Of a stretch of DNA of 64,000 nucleotides, positions 1 through 15,094 are shown piece by piece (the stretch's first letter is position 1; each line of letters opens with the position of its first letter). The position numbers were made by a program, and so were the translations under genes. A model generated the notes under the pieces. It searched no databases, was not told where the DNA came from, and saw only the letters and a program-made list of their open reading frames with translations. Source of the DNA: Octopus vulgaris (Eukaryota); contig OX597825.1 of NCBI GenBank assembly GCA_951406725.2, forward strand, positions 56,668,001-56,732,000, written 5' to 3'.

Positions 1-118
1 ATACTAATTTTCTTTTTCTTTTGCTCATACAAGAATACACACACACACACACACACAATATAAATATATATATATATACATATAAAAACATACATATATG
101 TATACATACATAAATACG

Positions 119-189
<71 letters not shown>

Positions 190-207
190 ATGTTTATACA
201 TGTGCGT

Positions 208-243
<36 letters not shown>

Positions 244-312
244 ATATATGTACATATATATATGTGTTTATGCATATATATGCGTGTGTGTCTATATATG
301 TATGTAAGCATG

Positions 313-350
<38 letters not shown>

Positions 351-444
351 AATATATATATATATATATTGATACACACATGCGTTCATACATACATACA
401 TGCATACATACATACATAGGGAATGTTTGAAGAATCACCAATAT

Positions 445-660
445 TGATTATAAATTTTGGCACAAGGCCAGCAAGATGTAGGAGAGGGTTAAGTCGATCA
501 CATCGGCCCCAGCGCTCAATGGGTTTTTCTTTTATCGACCTCGAAAGAATGAATGCTAAAGTTGACGTCGGTGGAATTTGAACTCGGAATGTAAAGACGG
601 ACGAAATACCGCTGGGCATTTTGCCCGCGTGCTAACGATTACACCAGATTACTGCCTTAA
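445..660 (-). mobile_element. SINE family B (Deu/Nin-like domain); opposite-orientation copy at ~712-882
   Basis: GAGTTCAAATTCC B-box; ctttcat...ggtcgataaa domain. Confidence 0.7.
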
Positions 661-932
661 AGAGTAGTCAATATTACCAAAAACATTTTTGGATGACAAG
701 TTGACAATATCTTTAGCACGGCAGCTATAATCATTAGCGACATTTCGTCCGTTTTCACGCTCTGAGTTCAAATTCCGCCGAGGTCAACTTTACCTTTCAT
801 TCTCAGCTGAGTACTGAGGTCGATGTAATCAACTAAACTGTCCCTCGAAATTGCTGGCCTTATGCAAACATTTGAAACCACTATTGCTAAATGCAGTTAT
901 ATGCTAAAACCGCTTATATACAGATCAATATA

Positions 933-964
<32 letters not shown>

Positions 965-1012
965 TATGTATGTGTGTGTGTGTGTATGGTGAAGAAAATT
1001 GTTGCTAAACCC

Positions 1013-1523
<511 letters not shown>

Positions 1524-2317
1524 ATGTATATATATTTCTACACAAATTTTTGTGTGTGCGGATTTGTGTGAGTGAGTGTGTGTGCGGGTTTGTGTGAGTG
1601 AGTGTGTGTGCGTGTGTGCATGTGTTCGTCCGTATGTGTGTGTATGTGTGTTCGTGTGTGTGTGTGTGTGTGTGTATGGTGAAGCAAATTGTTGCTAAAC
1701 CCTTAATTATATATATATATATATATATATATTTCTTTTATTTGTGTGTGTGTATGTGTGCGTGCATGTGTGTGCACACAATTGTACGAAAAGTGTGCAG
1801 ATAATGAAAGCAAGGAGCTTTCAAACAAGGGAGACAACTCCAGACGTGTTTCGGTCTACGTGGCAGCTCTACCAGCTAGAAATAGCAGCCAAATCTACTT
1901 CAAATCACTATCTAAAAACAATGACGAATCGAGAAAAAGAGATGGAATAGTCATGACTGAATTGCCTTTGATTATAGGTCTATTTGCTCAAGGCCGATCT
2001 GTAGCTAAGTAAAAACAACAACGACTCTATCAACACTAATTGTATATTTAGTTCATGGCTTGAAGCAACGTCTGTATATATATACAACTAATGTTTATCT
2101 AATCAACATCCGCAGTTTTTGATGCTTCAATCAACATCGACGATATACAGCTACGTAATAATCAATATTTGATACAATCTGTATCAATACTGTCAACATG
2201 AAACCACTGTGACAAATCAATATCTAAAGACTATACTTCTCTACTCAACCTTCACAGTCGGTGTTTATCGTCTTCAAATGGATGCATAGGCAACATCCAT
2301 ACACTGCATCCCACAGC

Positions 2318-2404
<87 letters not shown>

Positions 2405-2421
2405 CATACATACATACCTAC

Positions 2422-2465
<44 letters not shown>

Positions 2466-2581
2466 TATTTATATATACATATATATACATATATACATAT
2501 ATACATATATATTCATATATGTATGTATATATATATGTACATGTGAGTGTGTGTGTACCTATTTATATATATCTATATATC

Positions 2582-2619
<38 letters not shown>

Positions 2620-2620
2620 C

Positions 2621-2683
<63 letters not shown>

Positions 2684-2722
2684 TATATGTATATATATAT
2701 ATATATATAGATATATATATAT

Positions 2723-2888
2723 AGGCGCAGGAGTGGCTGCATACTAAATAGCTTGCTTCCCAACCACATGGTTCTGGGTTCAATCCCACTGCATGGCACA
2801 TTGGGAAGGTGTCTTTTACTATATCCTCGGGCCGACCAACGCCTTGTGAGTGGATTTGGTAGGCGGAAGTTGAAAGAAGCCGGTCGCA
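2723..2888 (+). mobile_element. SINE family A, 5' half
   Basis: aggcgcaggagtggctg...gggttcaatcccactgc...gaaagaagc. Confidence 0.8.
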
Positions 2889-3119
2889 TATATATATATA
2901 TATATATTTCAATAATAATAAAACGGTAAAATTAATTAATTAATATTTTTTACCAAGTAGTTCGGTACGTTAAAATTAACCATTTTAGGTAAAATTATAC
3001 AAACATTCTATAATTATAAACATAATTATAATCAGGGGTCAGCTAATTACTTCATCATTCACCGAATTTAGAAATAGGAGTTAAAAAGCCTTTTCATTCT
3101 TTAGGGATCGATAAAAGTT

Positions 3120-3335
3120 CACAGGGGCTAAACACAGAGGGGACAAACAAGGACAGACGAAGGGATTGAGTCGATTATATCGCCCCCAGTGTGAAACTGG
3201 TACTTTATTTATCGACCCCGAAAGGATGAAAGGCAAAGTTGACCTCGGCGGAATTTGAACTCAGACCGTAACGACAGACGAAATACCGCTAAGCATTTGG
3301 CCCGGCGCGCTAACGTGTCTGCTAGCTCGCCGCCA
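3120..3335 (-). mobile_element. SINE family B
   Basis: Reverse complement of ggcggcgagct...gagttcaaattccgccgaggtc...cctttcatcctttcggggtcgataaa. Confidence 0.8.
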
Positions 3336-3442
3336 TAACTGTGAATTTTATTCTATGTCTGTACTCTTTATTCTTCTATCTACTGTTTTATTCATTATAT
3401 ATATGAAGCCCGTCGTATATATCTATATATATATATATATAC

Positions 3443-3823
3443 ACTCTTTTACTCTTTTACTTGTTTCAGTCATTTGTAAGCCCAGTACTTGTTCTATCGG
3501 TCTATCGGGGACGTAAACACACCAGCATCGGTTGTGAAGTGGTGTTAGGGGACAATCACAAACACGTATATATATATACATACATATATATATATACATA
3601 TATATATACATATATATATATATATTATATATTTAATAAATATATACATACATATATATATATATATATATGCGACGTGGTTCTTTCAGTTTCCGTCTAC
3701 CAAATCCACTCCACTCAGAAGGGTTATAGTAAAAGACACTTGCCCAAGTTGCCCATTTGGGACTGAACCCGGAACCATGTGGTTGGTAAATAAGCTACTT
3801 ACCACACAGCCACACTCCATGCG

Positions 3824-3825
<2 letters not shown>
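3443..3825 (-). mobile_element. SINE family A (internally deleted)
   Basis: Matches the other copies' head and tail. Confidence 0.75.
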
Positions 3826-3879
<54 letters not shown>

Positions 3880-3892
3880 TAGATAGATAGAT

Positions 3893-4033
<141 letters not shown>

Positions 4034-4099
4034 GGTCCCGGGTTGATTCGGGGTTAACCACAGTAAGTAAGGTACTCAATACATAGCAGAGTAAAATTA

Positions 4100-4209
4100 A
4101 TTTATTATATAGAAGGAGCTTCTACAGGACTAGTACTGTTTCATTCAAGAGAAATCTTGATTTCTCTTGAATGAAACAGTACTAGTCCTGTAGAAGCTCC
4201 TTCTATATA

Positions 4210-4215
<6 letters not shown>
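4100..4215. repeat. Perfect 57-bp inverted repeat (2-nt loop) within a PLE-like fragment (~4030-4215) in (TA)n
   Basis: 4100-4156 is the exact reverse complement of 4159-4215. It contains GAAAC-agtacta-GTC, the 3' half of a hammerhead. Confidence 0.9.
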
Positions 4216-4269
<54 letters not shown>

Positions 4270-4766
4270 TGTATAGATATATAGATAGATACATATACAC
4301 ATACTGTATATATATATATACAGTATGTGTATATATATTCATAGCAATTACAAACAATACGGAGACTGGTATATGTTCAAATTTTTCTTTTAATTGAACA
4401 GTTAATTATACAGAATAATTAGTAAAAATGACAAGTATTTCTGCCTCATTGAGCATGTGCAGTTGCGCATACAACCCAAAGTATTCTACTCTTCACCTTC
4501 AGTCAGGGTCTTTCCACAAGTGTGCCTCGAAGCGAAATGTGTTTATTTATGCGCAGCTAGCTTATTTCATTATTCTGCTATGGTTTAAATTGTAAAAGGA
4601 ACGTGAAGGGGAGATGTTGAAATGTAATGTAGCTATAAAATTTACTTTCTATCCGACTGCATTTTAACTTTAGTTCCAGGACGAAACTGAGAGTTCTATA
4701 CATTAAATGAGGTCACATTTTATCTGAGTTTTCTCATATAGTTTCATCTATGTTTTAAAAGGTGTC

Positions 4767-5012
4767 GGCGCGTGGCTTAGTGGTTAGGGTGTCAGCATCA
4801 TGATCGTAAGATTGTGGTTTCGATTCCTGGACCGGGTGACGTGTTGTGTTCTTGAGCAAAACACTTCATTTCACGTTGCTCCAGTTCATTCAGCGGGCAA
4901 AAATGAGTAACGCTGCGATGAACTGGCGTCCCATCCAGCTGGGGAACACATACGTCATAGAAACCGGGAAACCGGGCCCATGAGCCTGGATAGGCTTTAA
5001 AAGGGCGCATTT
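4767..5012 (+). mobile_element. SINE family C (V-domain-like); second copy ~31170-31430 (-)
   Basis: tggcttagtggttag A-box, gtttcgattcc B-box, ctgcgatgaactggcgtcccatccag domain. Confidence 0.7.
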
Positions 5013-5053
5013 ATTTTTTTTATGTATTAAAAGAGATACCTGAGAGCTCTTCC

Positions 5054-5086
<33 letters not shown>

Positions 5087-5199
5087 ACAGACATACTGCT
5101 TACCTATCCAAACAAGATCTATACAAACCACCATGGAAGCTTCTTCCATAGAGCCATTTGACAAGCTAATAGTAGCACCAAAATCTCTTGCACCCTTTC

Positions 5200-5885
5200 T
5201 AGTGAATATCTACACACTATATCAATCCAATCACTGACTCTAACGACAATCCGGTCGACTTAATTTGCTATACCTATCCATAAACAATCTGTATGTAAAG
5301 TCATTCCGTGCAAGCTTCGTTTATCTTGTTATACCTACAATATGCATCGACTTAGTTATCAATATATTGGCTCAATGCATCCAGTCGACAACTATACACT
5401 GTGTCTATTCTATTAACATTTGTACACTGTATCTGTCGAAATCTATACATCGTATCTATTCGATCAACAATCATAAAGAGTATCTATTCTCTCAATATTT
5501 ATACGCTGTGTCTATTCTGTCAATAGTTAAACACTGTATCTAATTCACATATATACCAATCTATATACTTTATCTGATCAGTTGACATCTACTTACCTTG
5601 TCTATTCTGTCAATATTTATACATTGTCCTTATCCAGTGAACATCTATTCGCTATATCGATTCTGTCAACATACGTTCTATTTATCCATTCAGTATCTAT
5701 ATATCGTATCTATTCAGTCAAAGTTTATACACCGTATCTATCTAGTTGATATCTGCTTACCATGTCTCTTCTGTGACATTCATACGCCTTATCTAAAGTA
5801 TTGACACCTGTTGGCCATGTCAATTCTGTCAACATTTATATGCTGTAATTAACCAGCCAATAACTATACATGGTATTTATTCTCT

Positions 5886-5936
<51 letters not shown>

Positions 5937-6420
5937 ACATCTATTCTGTCATGTTTATACGATTAATCTAACAAGTTGACATCTCTATATTTATCTGTCA
6001 ACATCCATACACCGTTCTATCCAATCAAAATTCATACATTGTGTCTGTCCAGTCAATATTTAAACCATATGTATGCCTAGTTAACAGTTTACACCCTGTA
6101 TAAATTCAATCAATATCTCTCAACTGAGTCTATCTTAATCAATAATTTATACAACGTATATATCTAGACACAATCTACAAAACATGTCTATCTACTCAAC
6201 ATCTACATTTATACGTCGTGTCTAAATAATCAGTATATGCGTATTTAGAATGCTTATCTCTTTAATCGATATTTTCACACTTTATTTATCCAGTTCATAT
6301 CTACAGTTTTCATCTACCCGATAAACGTTAACACACTTCGGCTCTTGAGTTAACGTGTTCACATATATCCCATCAAACAAACACATTGCTATTATCAAAT
6401 CGATATTTATAAACATTATC
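5200..6420. repeat. Degenerate ~28-bp minisatellite
   Basis: Consensus ~TGTCAATATTTATACACTGTATCTATTC recurs. Similar text at ~2025-2320. Confidence 0.75.
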
Positions 6421-7081
6421 AAGATAGCCGATTTTTACAATCTAACATTGCCCTGCCATCGCCAAGAGGCTACCACTATCCACCCTATATCTATGTAATA
6501 AGCATAAATAGTTTTGTTTACGGAGTCCATGTATAACAAGCTATCTTCATCAACACTGGAATTACTGAATAAAAGGAAATATTCTAAGTAGATTTTAAAA
6601 TCTATTATTACATTAATTTGCTAACTGAACCATATATAATATTTGGTATTTGGTGAAACTAAATATTATCAAATAAAATAGGTCAACAATAAGAATTTAC
6701 CTTCGCTAAGATGTGTCTGCATTTGCAACGCCGCTAGCGTGGCCTCCGAACACTTCTAACATGGCTGACCTAGAAGTAGGTTTTTGCCGTTACTGGAATA
6801 TTTCCAAGATCACAGACATTGTGTGTAGCCTTGGGAGGAGAGATCTGTTAAGCGCTTGTTGAGTCTGGAGAATTTAATAGAACGAATAAGAAAATTATAA
6901 GAGATTGATTAGTGGTCGTTTGAAATTGGAAGTGGCGATAGAAATAACGGCTGGCTTTTGAATGATTACTTTCACTTAAACCTTTCAACCATGAGAAGTC
7001 GAATAGGATTTAGATGTGCAACAATGATGAAATACAAATCTTTTTCAAAGAGAATCTAGTATGCAAGTCGTATATCATTTG

Positions 7082-7114
<33 letters not shown>

Positions 7115-7400
7115 CAACAACAACAAGAACGAAATAATATTAGCAATAATAAGAATAAGAATAAGACCAAAACAGTAAAATAATGATAATGATGATGGTC
7201 TTTTTCATTATTTGCCCCAAGGGCTCGAAAAGATATAAGAAAATACGATGAACCTGAAGCAGATGTCTTGCAAAGAAGCGTGAGATGGAACACAATCTAT
7301 ACAAAGAAAAAAAGTTAAAATGGTGACAAGTTAAATACTAATAAAATGCAAATAATTGCACAAAATAGATTTTTTAAATACAATAAAACTTAATAATTAA

Positions 7401-7633
7401 CCCTTTTAACGCGCAAGTACGTTTTGGTGGGTACGATTTTGTTTGACTATTTTCCTATAGAGCACAAAAGCCGGTGACCACATGGTCTTGCATTTACAGC
7501 GCGTTTTCCTTAGCGGAACCATAGTTGCTTTCAGCCATAAACACAACGCCACATGGCCATCCTCTTTTGCGTATTCCAGGAGTGCACTCAAGCGAAATCG
7601 CACCCTCTAAAACGCATTAGCAGGTTCAAAGGG
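7401..7633. mobile_element. Possible piggyBac-type MITE
   Basis: TTAA|CCCTTT ... AAAGGG|TTA termini. Confidence 0.5.
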
Positions 7634-7634
7634 T

Positions 7635-8044
7635 TACGAGGTTCAGCTGAAAAGTTCATAGGCTGACAATGAAGGAGTGATGCTAAAGCTGTGGAATCTT
7701 GCATGCCTTCATTTCAGCTCTGTATTAATAACTGCTTTGCTTCTTTCCAAGTAAACTGACATCTTTCTGCTCAAACAACACTTCAAAAGTAACAAGTAGC
7801 AACTTTTCTTGAAAATGGACAAAATTTGGCATTATGTTGGTATCAAGTTCCTGAAGAAAAAGGATTTAGTCCCGAAGGAGTGGCTGTGTGGTAAGTAGCT
7901 TGCTTACGAACCACAAGGTTCCGAGTTCAGTCCCACTACGTGGCACCTTGGGCAAGAGTCTTCTACTATAATCTCCCGCCGACCAAAAGCCTTGTGAGTG
8001 GATTTGGTAGACGGAAACTGAAAGAAGCCCGTCGTATATATGTA

Positions 8045-8119
<75 letters not shown>

Positions 8120-9080
8120 GTGTACGTTTGTGCGTCTGTGTTTGTCCCCTCAACATCTCTTGATAACCGATGCCGGTGTGATTACGTCCCCGTAACTCGG
8201 CGGTTCGGCAAAAGAGATCGATAAAATAAGTACTAGGCTTACAAAGAATAAGTCCTGGGGTCGATCTGCTCGACTAAAGGCGGTGCTTCAGCATGGTCAC
8301 AGTAAAATGACTGAAGCAAGTAAAAGAGTAAAAGAGTATACTGACATCATTGCTACATTAGAGGATGGCTTTTCAGCTTCATCAAAAGTTCAAAAGTGAA
8401 CAGTTGAATTTAGGCGAAGAAGGAAGAATCTTGAAGATGACCCGAGATTTAGACGTCCTACAACTGTCACCACTGACTAAAACATTGATTGTGTTCACCA
8501 GATGCTGAGAGATGACAGGTGATTGACTATAAATCAAATACCCAATGCTATTAACAAATATCGTGAAACAAGAAGGTGATGACTTCTGTTTTGGGGGATG
8601 AAATAGGCATGGTGTTTATTGACTATCTTCAAGATCAGAACACCATCAATGCAGAGTACTATACCAATTTTCTGAGGCTATCAAGACCAAACAGCCAAGA
8701 AAACTGACAAAAGAGGTCTTGTTTCCAAGAGACAATGCTCCAACACACATGTTCTTGGTTACAATGGCTGCTGGGCGTCACTATGTCCTTAAACTTGCTG
8801 ATCACTGCCCCCCCCCCCACACACAACTACCACCACTACTCTTCTGATGTGGCCCCACCTGACTATCATTTGTTCCCTAACAGGAAAAAGCATTTGGCTG
8901 GAAACTAGTATCGCAGCGATGATGATGTCATATTTGCAGCTGAGGGCTTTTTTGACCAACAGGATAGAATCTTGTACATTAATGGGATCCAATCACTGCA
9001 ACACGAAAGGAAGAAGTGCGTGGACAGCAAAGGGGACTATGTTGAAAAATAAACCTCGTTTAATCACATTCCATGAGAGT
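7635..9080 (+). mobile_element. Mariner (DD34D) transposase fossil interrupted by a SINE
   Basis: TA-CGAGG start; LEDDPRFRRPTT, IDYLQ...TINAEYY, DNAPTH and [11 protein letters not shown] motifs with stops and frameshifts. Confidence 0.85.
7876..8338 (+). mobile_element. SINE family A, near full length, nested in mariner
   Basis: Head, core, (TG)n and the tail gtaaaagagtaaaagag. Confidence 0.85.
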
Positions 9081-9099
9081 ATCGGTGTATTACTCCTTT

Positions 9100-9614
<515 letters not shown>

Positions 9615-10789
9615 GCACAACCACCATATACACACGCTGCACATTGTTTTCGTTCCTGCACGATCTCGATACACACATATTCACACACATACACATATGC
9701 ACAGTACATTCTCCGTACACATACATACATACTCTCTATATATACATACATGTATGTATATATATACCTACATATATAACATGGAGCGCACGACTGCAGT
9801 GGTTATGGTTTTGAGCATCTGGCAGGTATACCAATCTGGGTTAGAGATTTCTGATCTCTCGGGGATAGACGGAACCCTGGCAGTTAATGTGTAAATGTCT
9901 CTTTTAGCAAAATGTCTTTATGTGTGCACGTTGCCACCACCATTCACTCATCTGTAGAAAGCATTGTACAACCAAGTTACTAAAGAAGATCTTTTGCCGC
10001 TGCTTTTGGATAACATCTACGCCTTCCGGATTGGACGTCAACCCAGTATTTCTAAGCTACGGTACCGCATTGGTGACTACTGGTCTATCTCATAGACCAG
10101 ACTTGCCTTCACATGGAGCCCTTGTGCCTCGGATACAGCTGAACATAGGGGTTTACAATCACCATTACAGTAGGATCTGACACTTCACTTTACTCATTCT
10201 GATATTGAACATGACTTTATCAATGGCAAAATTACACAGAGTATCCAAAGTAGCAGAAATTTTCAAAGGGGGACGGCATAGTATTACAAGTGAGACTGCT
10301 GTTTCTGCGGTCTCGGAGTTACATTATGATGTTTTCAGCCAACATGTTTCCAGAAATATTGGTCAACTCAGTAAAAAACCTTCTTGAGTAAGATATGCCA
10401 AAATCGTGATACATCCGGCCTCTGTCTTCCAAGTGGTACGAATTAAAACGCTTAGAGAACCATCATCGTCTCCTCCTTTTAAGCTTCATATGCCTGTGTA
10501 ACATTCAGCCGCCATTTATATATAAGCATCGAAAGCATATTTATGCTTGAATATTCTGCCATTGGCATGGATTTTCATTATATTTCCATCTTATTTGTTC
10601 ATTGATTTGGATACGCAGACATCGCTTGCGGCAACAATAACGTGTTCGTGTGTCAATGAGGTGTTGGCTACTATTTCTCATCCCTTTGTGGAAACTTTTC
10701 CTCTGTATTTTTTCTCCGTTTTTGATACACACACATACACACACACACGCACACACACACACACACATGTACTTATATATATATGTACT

Positions 10790-10844
<55 letters not shown>

Positions 10845-11325
10845 AACAGAAAATAGTGTATGCATACTTATATACATAAATACATATATACATACATACA
10901 TTCATACATTCGGATACATACATACTATACATACATACATGAAGCGATACATACATACATACATTCACACATGGTAAACTGCGTGAAGCATTGATAATAT
11001 TGCGTTCGTTTATAAGCACGCGAGACATTATGTTAGTCTGTGTGTGCATCTCATTGATTCGTTGTTTTAAATTGTAATTTGCGTGATGTTTCAGTTGGCA
11101 TTCTTCTTTCGTTATCTTTATCTATTGTTAACAAGACATCAGAAGCTTATTATGCTGACCACCAGTAATTCATTAAGTAAGACAGTAGATTCCGAACTTT
11201 GCTTCGGGATACCATTGCTCAAAAATAATAATCAGTGCCAAAATTCTCTCTCACAAAAATACCAGTCAACTCCCGTGTCAGTCACGAGTGAAATTTGAAA
11301 ATGACTTGTCACTTCTACTAGGAAA

Positions 11326-11377
<52 letters not shown>

Positions 11378-11396
11378 TGTATATATATATATATGC

Positions 11397-11527
<131 letters not shown>

Positions 11528-11961
11528 GATATAGTGTATATTTATACACATAAGGAATCCACTTAACGTGAACACGAGACAGGTAGCCTTGTTTGTCTCC
11601 TGTTGGATATGTTTTACCCAGTGGACCTTGCTGAAGAAAATCAGACATCGGGTGTATCCCTCTTCCCCTATAATTCTCCTTTCATTATCTCACACAATAG
11701 ATAATATCTTGTTAACTCTTTTCCGCTTACAAAAGCTGAATAGAGATCATGCTTACGAAACCGAATATGCACCGAAGTATTCACTGAGAATAACGGAATC
11801 GGCGATAACTATATTGAAAGTGTCGTACGAAAGCAATACCCTAAATTACGCGCTATTTCATTTAGCTGTTTACATAGATGTTATACATACTGCAAGTTTA
11901 CACTCAGATTTATAAACACTACACATTACATACACACATACACACACATATATGTTCGTGT

Positions 11962-12012
<51 letters not shown>

Positions 12013-12189
12013 GAGGCTATATATGTATATATGCACATTTAAACATATCTGTACCTACACATACACACACATATATGAGAGAGAGATAAAGAATACAGTA
12101 TTTATTAATGAGTATGTTACTGCGATACGTATAGATACATTTTGATTGAATATTTTAATTTTAATTAAATTCCATTTCCCTTTGATATG

Positions 12190-12234
<45 letters not shown>

Positions 12235-12287
12235 GTTTAAATATTTGTTGTGCAAGATTTTTTATGTGAAGTCGTGTGTTGAAACAG

Positions 12288-13258
12288 ATATTGTTGTATT
12301 TAGGAATGGTATTTTGCCAGTTTAGCCAATAAAAACACACGCACTATATATTTGGTGTTACTTTGCTTCAGTGTTATTTATTTTTTACATTAATCTTAAT
12401 CTTATTTCGGCCAGAGTTCTTTCGTCACACTCCTGTGACCGCATCAGTGGTCCTTTGTTTTCTTCTTACTTATTTGTGTCTCTCCTTACTAACCGTCAGC
12501 CATTTTGTATTTCTATTGTATGTCTTCATTTGCGCATGCTTATATCTCTATGTGCCTTTATGTTTATTTAGTGTGTGTATGTGGGGGATGCCTGTAATAT
12601 TTGTATCTTCTGTTTATATATGTTCATGTAATTTGTAATTTTATATGTTCATCTAATTTGTTCATGTAATTTGTATTTTGTATTTTGTTTTTTGTTTTTT
12701 GTTTTGTTTTTTTTGTTTTTGTTGTTTTTGTTTATTCTTATTTTGTTCATGTGTTTACATCCACCCATTATTATCATTACATATGCTTGTGTGTATGTAT
12801 GTATGTATAACAACAATACTAGTAATAATAATAATAAATTGAATCGAAAAAAAGACAAAACAAAAAACAAAATACAAACCACAAATTACATGAACAAATT
12901 ACATGAACATATAAAATTACAAATTACATGAACATATATAAACAGAAGATACAAATATTACAGGCATCCCCCACATACACACACTAAATAAACATAAACG
13001 CACATAGAGATATAAGCATGCGCAAATGAAGACATACAATAGAAATACAAAATGGCTGACGGTTAGTAAGGAGAGACACAAATAAGTAAGAGGAAAACAA
13101 AGGACCACTGATGCGGTCATAGGAGTGTGACGAAAGAACTCTGGCCGAAATAAGATTAAGATTAATGTAAAAAATAAATAACACTGAAGCAAGGTAACAC
13201 CAAATATATAGTGCGTGTGTTTTTATTGGCTAAACTGGCAAAATGACCATTCCGAAAT

Positions 13259-13269
<11 letters not shown>
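12288..13269. mobile_element. Inverted-repeat PLE-pLTR-like insertion (~400-bp arms)
   Basis: 12288-~12700 is the reverse complement of ~12850-13269 with a few substitutions. Near-identical ORFs lie at 12363(+) and 13192(-). (TA)n flanks. Confidence 0.85.
13102..13146 (+). ncRNA. Hammerhead-like motif with variant core; inverted copy 12409-12453 (-)
   Basis: GGACCA-CUGAUGCG-GUCAY(aggagu)GUGAC-GAAAG(aa)CUC-UGGCC. CG replaces the canonical A9. Confidence 0.55.
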
Positions 13270-13308
<39 letters not shown>

Positions 13309-13551
13309 GAAGGTTTGGAGATGATGTACAGGTATTATATATTAGAAAAATTGAGGTAATCAGATCAGATGGTTCATATTTGTAGATATTTATTTATATA
13401 TTACATTTTTTACATATATATCATATCATTCGGATTAGCGCTTGCTCCCATTCTAGTGGGTTTTCAAATCAAATCAGTTGTGGGTAGTTTGAACCTTTTT
13501 ATAGTTTCGTAGTAGTGGGTGAGGAGGAAGTGAGACAGAGAGAAAATATGT

Positions 13552-13627
<76 letters not shown>

Positions 13628-13831
13628 ATTTATATCTGAGAGTGAAGAAGTGTTATTTCCGTTGGTCTGCTGGACCCCCTGTGGTTTTATAAGAACTTTG
13701 GCTGTCCATTTCAATGTCACTGAGTGTGTGTTGTGCATAGGTTGGCCTGGCAAATGTCATTTGGGGTCACACTTTCTATGATCATTCTGTGGAGGTGTGT
13801 GTGTGTGTGTGTCTCTGTGTGTCTGTGTGTG

Positions 13832-13870
<39 letters not shown>

Positions 13871-14396
13871 TGTGTGTGTCTGTGTGTTTGGAGAAGGGGA
13901 GAGAGACAAAAAGAGAAAAGGGAAAATAAAAATAATAATAATAAAAATAAAAATAAAAAATTAAAAAAATTAAAAAAAATAAAATAAAATAAAAACAAAA
14001 AATAAAAAAATAAAATAAAAAAATATAAAGAATAAATAAAAATATAAAGAATAAAAAATAAAAAAATAAAAATAAAAATAAAAATGAAAATAAGGGAGGA
14101 AGTGGAGAAGAAAAAATATTTTTGTGTGTTGATATTTATACCAACACATATATATACACACACACAGACTTATACATAAAATATTTGAAAAAACCTTTTT
14201 ATCAGTTCAAAATGAACAACCAAATTATACCATCTTGAAAGTTGTATGTCATAGGAAAGTTAAAATTAAAGTGACAATTAAAGGGTAAAGATGGAAGTGA
14301 ATTATAAAGATAATAATATAATATGATGTATATAACAGGCAATACACACATCTACACACACACAGATTTTTCCTTCAATGTATGTTGAGTAAAGTT

Positions 14397-14485
14397 TCAG
14401 CCATTTAATTTGGGGGAGAACTTAGCTATGAAATGTTTTTCCATATTCCTCCTGAAGGGGGTGTCATTCTTCGGACACTTGTATA
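14397..14485 (-). pseudogene. PLE GIY-YIG endonuclease C-terminal remnant
   Basis: YKCPKNDTPFRRNMEKHFIAKFSPKLNG* matches the R..E..FI....P.LN terminus of PLE ORFs. Confidence 0.6.
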
Positions 14486-14556
14486 TATATATGAATACAC
14501 CGGAGTAAACACATAAATGTGAAACAACGTGGAAAAAAGAGTACTCAAATACCAGT

Positions 14557-14705
14557 GCTTTATTTAAAAGCAGCAGAAATCTAGCAAAAGGTGTTACTCG
14601 GAATTTCACGTTCCCGTTCGTCGGACAATTTTGTTAAAAACGGAACGTGAACGTGAAACTCCAAGTAACAGCTTTTGTTAAATTTCTGCTGCTTTTAAAT
14701 AAAGT
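14557..14705. mobile_element. Short inverted PLE-like insertion with a hammerhead-like motif (14592-14628, minus)
   Basis: Arms gctttatttaaaagcagcagaaat / atttctgctgcttttaaataaag. Composite core UGU-CCGACGA-ACG(ggaa)CGU-GAAAC(uccra)GUA-ACA. Confidence 0.65.
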
Positions 14706-14712
14706 ATATATA

Positions 14713-14786
<74 letters not shown>

Positions 14787-14799
14787 TATATACATATAC

Positions 14800-14836
<37 letters not shown>

Positions 14837-15094
14837 CGTATATACTGTATATATATGTACATTTTTATGTATTACGAATGTACGTATGGCTGAGTGGTAA
14901 GAAGCTTGCTTCCCAACCGAATGGTTTGGGGTTCAGTGTGGATTTGATAGACGGAAAGTAAAAGAAGCCTGTCGTATAGATATATATATATACAGTCACA
15001 ATGAGGATATTTAAACCTCTTATAAGGATATTAACCTAAGATACATTGGTTCAATATATTATATTTTAAAAAGGAGAAATGGCATGCATATTTC

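Noticed and set aside
2910-3075. Possible hammerhead relic (also 38350-38360 and 25290-25310)
   Set aside because: Only partial cores; stems cannot be assembled.
4767-4835. tRNA-like A/B boxes
   Set aside because: SINE head continuing into SINE body, not a tRNA gene.
12363-13192. Duplicated 91-aa hydrophobic ORF
   Set aside because: By-product of the T-rich inverted repeat.
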